A stretch of DNA of 64,000 bases from Eledone cirrhosa (taxonomy: Eukaryota): assembly GCA_964016885.1 (NCBI GenBank), contig CAXHJY010001325.1, positions 1 to 64,000 of the forward strand. Reading direction: 5' to 3'. A program made the position numbers and the translations under genes. Each line of letters opens with the position of its first letter. Position 1 is the first letter of the stretch. The notes under the pieces were generated by a model, which saw only the letters and a program-made list of their open reading frames with translations, had not been told where the DNA came from and ran no database searches. Positions 56,052 to 64,000 of the stretch are shown piece after piece.

Positions 56052-56064
56052 CATATATATATAC

Positions 56065-56120
<56 letters not shown>

Positions 56121-56122
56121 GC

Positions 56123-56155
<33 letters not shown>

Positions 56156-56156
56156 C

Positions 56157-56187
<31 letters not shown>

Positions 56188-56220
56188 CATATATATATAC
56201 ATATATATATATATATATGC

Positions 56221-56251
<31 letters not shown>

Positions 56252-56264
56252 CATATATATATGC

Positions 56265-56295
<31 letters not shown>

Positions 56296-56328
56296 CATAT
56301 ATACATATATATATACATATATATATAC

Positions 56329-56359
<31 letters not shown>

Positions 56360-56372
56360 CATATATATATAC

Positions 56373-56422
<50 letters not shown>

Positions 56423-56496
56423 ATATACATATATATATACATATATATATATACATATATATATATACATATATATATATACATATATATATATAC

Positions 56497-56543
<47 letters not shown>

Positions 56544-56594
56544 CATATATATATATACATATATATATATACATATACATATATATATATATAC

Positions 56595-56637
<43 letters not shown>

Positions 56638-56644
56638 CATATAC

Positions 56645-56697
<53 letters not shown>

Positions 56698-56708
56698 CAT
56701 ATATATAC

Positions 56709-56739
<31 letters not shown>

Positions 56740-56823
56740 CATATATATACATATATATATACATATATATATATATATACATATATATACATACATATAT
56801 ACATACATATATACATATATATA

Positions 56824-56858
<35 letters not shown>

Positions 56859-56878
56859 TTATATATACATATATATAC

Positions 56879-56927
<49 letters not shown>

Positions 56928-57063
56928 CATATATATATATACATATACATATATATATATATATATACATATATATACATCTTCATATATTAGTTTTGCG
57001 AGGTTTTTGATATGAAATGGTGTGTCGAAACAAATATTGTTTTACTTGGGGAGAGTCATATTT

Positions 57064-58555
57064 GTAGTAGGTTTTACTGAGTACCGCCAAAGGTCTCGGT
57101 CCAGTGACATTGTCTTGGAGAGGTGTAAGTGTGTGAGGTCGGAATTTATCAGCTCGTCCCAGGTTTTTCTGGGTCTGCCTACTCTGTGGCTACCGTCTAT
57201 CTTTATTGCCCTGCACTTTGCTATACAGCTGTCATCTTTCATGCGCATCACGTGACCATACCAACGTAGCCTTCTCTCGAGTAAACAACATCTGATCCCT
57301 CTTATTTCTAATTTTTTCCTTAGTTCGTTTATGCTTTGCCGTTCGCGTATATTACTATTACACATCCAGCGGAGCATGCAAGCTTCGTTCCTCTCTAGTC
57401 TGCGTATATCCTCTGCACACAATGCCCAGGTCTCACTGCCATGCAACATTGCTGCTCGTATGCAGGCATCATACAACCTGCCTTTCATTTTTAGGGAGAA
57501 CCCTTTAGCGGCTAATAGTGGTATAAGCTCTCTGAACTTTTTCCATCCAGTTCTGACTCTAGCTACTGTACTTTCAGAGCACCCTCCCCCACTGCTGATT
57601 TTGTCACCCAGGTAATGGAAGCTGTCCATTATTTCTATAGAACCCTCTGCGCAGTTGAAAGAGCTAGTATTTTGTGGGCAATTGCTGCTACTTATTGCAC
57701 CAGAGCACCGGCCACATGTAAAATCTGTGTTCTTAGTTAGTTTACCTGTGATCCCACTACATCTTTTATGCACCCATACTTTACATTTGGGACATAAAAT
57801 GGAGTTTCTACCTACGCCTTTCCTACACACTGAGCATGGCGATTTCCCGGAAGGGACCGGCGCCTTATTTTCTTTCCTACAAACTAGAACTTTAGTCTTA
57901 GCCAGGTTAATTTTAAGGCCTTTTGATTCTAGGCCGTGCTTCCATGTTTGGAATTTCTTCTCTAGCTCGGCCATTGATTCAGCTATGAGCGTTAAGTCAT
58001 CTGCGTATAGGAGTTCCCATGGGCAGCCGGTCTTGAACTCCTCTGTTATAGAGCTATACATGGCTTGTATAGCTCTCACAAGCCATTCGTCAACACCTAG
58101 TTTTCTAACAGCCCACCAGATAATGGAACGGGGGACTCTGTCGAAGGCTTTCTCCAAGTCAACAAAAGCTAAGTATAGGGGTTTACTTTTAGCTAGGTAC
58201 TTCTCCTGTAGTTGTCGTACAATGAAAAGAGCGTCTGTGGTACTTTTGCCTGACACAAAACCGAACTGCATTTCATCTAGATCAATTCTCTCTCTGATTA
58301 GTTGCGCTATAACTTTTTCCGTGACCTTCATGACCTGGTCGATTAATTTAATGCCTCTATAGTTACTCCTATCTAGGGCATCTCCTTACCATTGTAACAG
58401 TTAATGATGATGCTGTTACGCCAGTCCTTCGGAACAACCCCATTCTGTATGACTTGGTTTACTATCCGGGTGACCATCGTGTGTCCCACCGTTCCAGAGG
58501 CTTTCAGCATCTCAGCAACTATTTCCGAAGGCCCAGCCGCCTTACCCATCTTCAT
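57064..58555 (-). mobile_element. RTE-B LINE fragment with internal deletions and no tail
   Basis: RT frame lacks the QGSVLSP block (junction near 58050); ~32-bp deletion across the stop at about 57077 (TACT microhomology). Confidence 0.9.
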
Positions 58556-58671
58556 ATGTATATATATATATATATATGTATATATATGTATATATATATG
58601 TATATATATGTATATATATATGTATATATATGTATATATATATGTATATATATATGTATATATATGTATAT

Positions 58672-59072
58672 AAATATATAGTAAAACCTACTCCAGCCAG
58701 TAGGCATCTCTAACAAAATACACCCCGTCCCACCACCCCCACCCCCACCCCATCCACACCACCCCGTTCTATGTAAAGTTATGTTGGTGCCGCGCCATCG
58801 AGGCCGAAACAAATGAGATCGTGTAGGTGTCACGACAAAAAAACACACAGTCCACGCTGTAATGTGGCCGTGTAGGCAACACGGTAAAAACCTCCCAGAC
58901 CCACACTGTAAATGTGGTTGGTGTTAGGAAGGGCATCCAACTGTAGAAAACCTGCCAGACAGTCCTATGCGAGCAAGACAATCACTCTTGCCTCAAGTGG
59001 GACTACCCCCGTCCAAACCCATGCAAGCGTGGAACACGGACGTTAAACGTTGATGATGATGATGATGATGAT
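58672..59072 (+). mobile_element. RTE-B 3' UTR and (GAT)n tail only
   Basis: Reverse complement of about 6448-6843. Confidence 0.9.
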
Positions 59073-59073
59073 G

Positions 59074-59108
<35 letters not shown>

Positions 59109-59165
59109 GTATATATATGTATATATATATGTATATATATGTATATATATATATATATATGTATA

Positions 59166-59258
<93 letters not shown>

Positions 59259-59453
59259 GTATATATATATATCTCTATATATATATATGTATATATATGT
59301 ATATATATGTATATATATATATGTATATATATATATGTGTATATATAGTATTAATAGTATATTAATATATATAATAGTATATATATTGAAGAAACAATTG
59401 TAAGCAGATAAATTATTTAAACAGAACTTTGTTTCATGTAATCTCTATATGTG

Positions 59454-59492
<39 letters not shown>

Positions 59493-59497
59493 GTACA

Positions 59498-59531
<34 letters not shown>

Positions 59532-59590
59532 CACATATATATATATATATATTCGCCTTATATATATATATATATATATACACATATATA

Positions 59591-59815
59591 TAGATAAATC
59601 TACCAAGAGTTTACGGTAGTGTCTGCGTATAGGAGTTCCCATGGGCAGCCGGTCTTGAAGTCCACTGTTATAGCCTGAAGGGCAATAATAAATAGTAGGG
59701 GGCTAAGAACAGAGCCCTGATGTACACCAACTTTTACACTAAACTCTTCACTATATTCGTTGTTAATTCTAACCTTGCTGACTGTTTCTTTATACATGGC
59801 TTGTATAGCTCTCAC
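59591..59815 (-). mobile_element. Chimera: P1 3' end fused to an internal RTE-B RT fragment
   Basis: tagataaatctaccaagagtttacggtagt-GTC-tgcgtataggag..., a 3-bp microhomology junction. Confidence 0.8.
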
Positions 59816-59823
59816 ATATACAC

Positions 59824-59854
<31 letters not shown>

Positions 59855-59868
59855 TATATATATATTCG

Positions 59869-59911
<43 letters not shown>

Positions 59912-60010
59912 TATATATATATATACACACACGCATATATATATATACACACACGCACATATATATATACACACACGCACACATATATATACACACACGC
60001 ACACATATAT

Positions 60011-60049
<39 letters not shown>

Positions 60050-60073
60050 CACATACACACACACACACATATA

Positions 60074-60116
<43 letters not shown>

Positions 60117-60117
60117 T

Positions 60118-60157
<40 letters not shown>

Positions 60158-60180
60158 TATACACACACACACACACACAA

Positions 60181-60242
<62 letters not shown>

Positions 60243-60323
60243 GCCTAATTTAGGTGTTGCCTCCCTTGCTGAACCCCACGTGGGGTCAGTTACAGACACA
60301 TCTATGTGATCTTTCGAACTGAA

Positions 60324-60461
60324 TCCCGTTGATAAGGCGCACTCCTAGTTCAGTCAGGATACGAGAAACTTAACATCCTCTATGTAAGTGGACAGTAAAT
60401 GACTTATGGAGCCGCAGAAACCCCAACACTGGACTTTACCATCATTCCAGGGGTCCGGTGA
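60324..60461 (+). ncRNA. Type I hammerhead, U3-A8 core variant, long stems, in non-coding island 60239-60483
   Basis: tcccg-TTGATAA-g.gcg.ca.ctcc...ggag.c.cgc.a-GAAA-ccc.caaca.ctgga...tccag.ggg-TC-cgg; stem I is short. Confidence 0.7.
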
Positions 60462-60483
60462 GTATAAAACATTTATGCTTTCA

Positions 60484-63840
<3,357 letters not shown>

Positions 63841-63897
63841 TTGAATAATGTGACAGGAGGCCAGACTGGTGACATTCCTTCAAAGATTTATTTTAGC

Positions 63898-63959
63898 AAA
63901 CACTATGTATATCTCAATTGCCAGGTTATGTCAGATCCTGGTGACACCATCAGGTGTTT
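63898..63959 (-). ncRNA. Degenerate hammerhead relic
   Basis: aaacac-CTGATGG-tgtca.ccagg...cctgg.caatt-GAGA-tataca-TA-gtgttt; two core substitutions. Confidence 0.5.
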
Positions 63960-64000
63960 ATTGCATAATAGTTATATAATAAAGGAATAATGGTAAACAC

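Overview
This is animal (eukaryotic) non-genic DNA with no host gene. An octopod cephalopod is my best inference, from the Nin-domain tRNA-SINE and the repeat style. The window is a dense nest of about 50 retroelement pieces, nearly all separated by irregular (TA)nCA / (TA)nTG tracts of 0.05-3.4 kb. Almost all long 'YIYIYI' ORFs in the track are artefacts of these tracts. Contents: two related RTE-clade LINE families (here RTE-A and RTE-B; RTE-B has a PHD-type C4HC3 finger inside its RT), a C2H2-finger RTE 3' end, five copies of a 608-bp non-autonomous RTE derivative, one CR1-like LINE, tRNA-derived SINEs, two MITEs and many Penelope-like element (PLE) fragments. Main signals: (1) about 20 hammerhead-ribozyme motifs from about 12 sequence families, found by eye, including three unrelated ones with a compensated U3-A8 core (UUGAUAA) and long stems; (2) a 541-bp ORF-less, terminally repeated, hammerhead-bearing unit resembling a retrozyme; (3) recurrent inverted or fold-back insertions with both 3' ends pointing into TA tracts; (4) a strand-polarised TA tract and an orientation-biased chain of elements, with the same five-family order occurring twice. 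Family labels are my own, boundaries are approximate to a few bases, and all RNA folds were done by eye.
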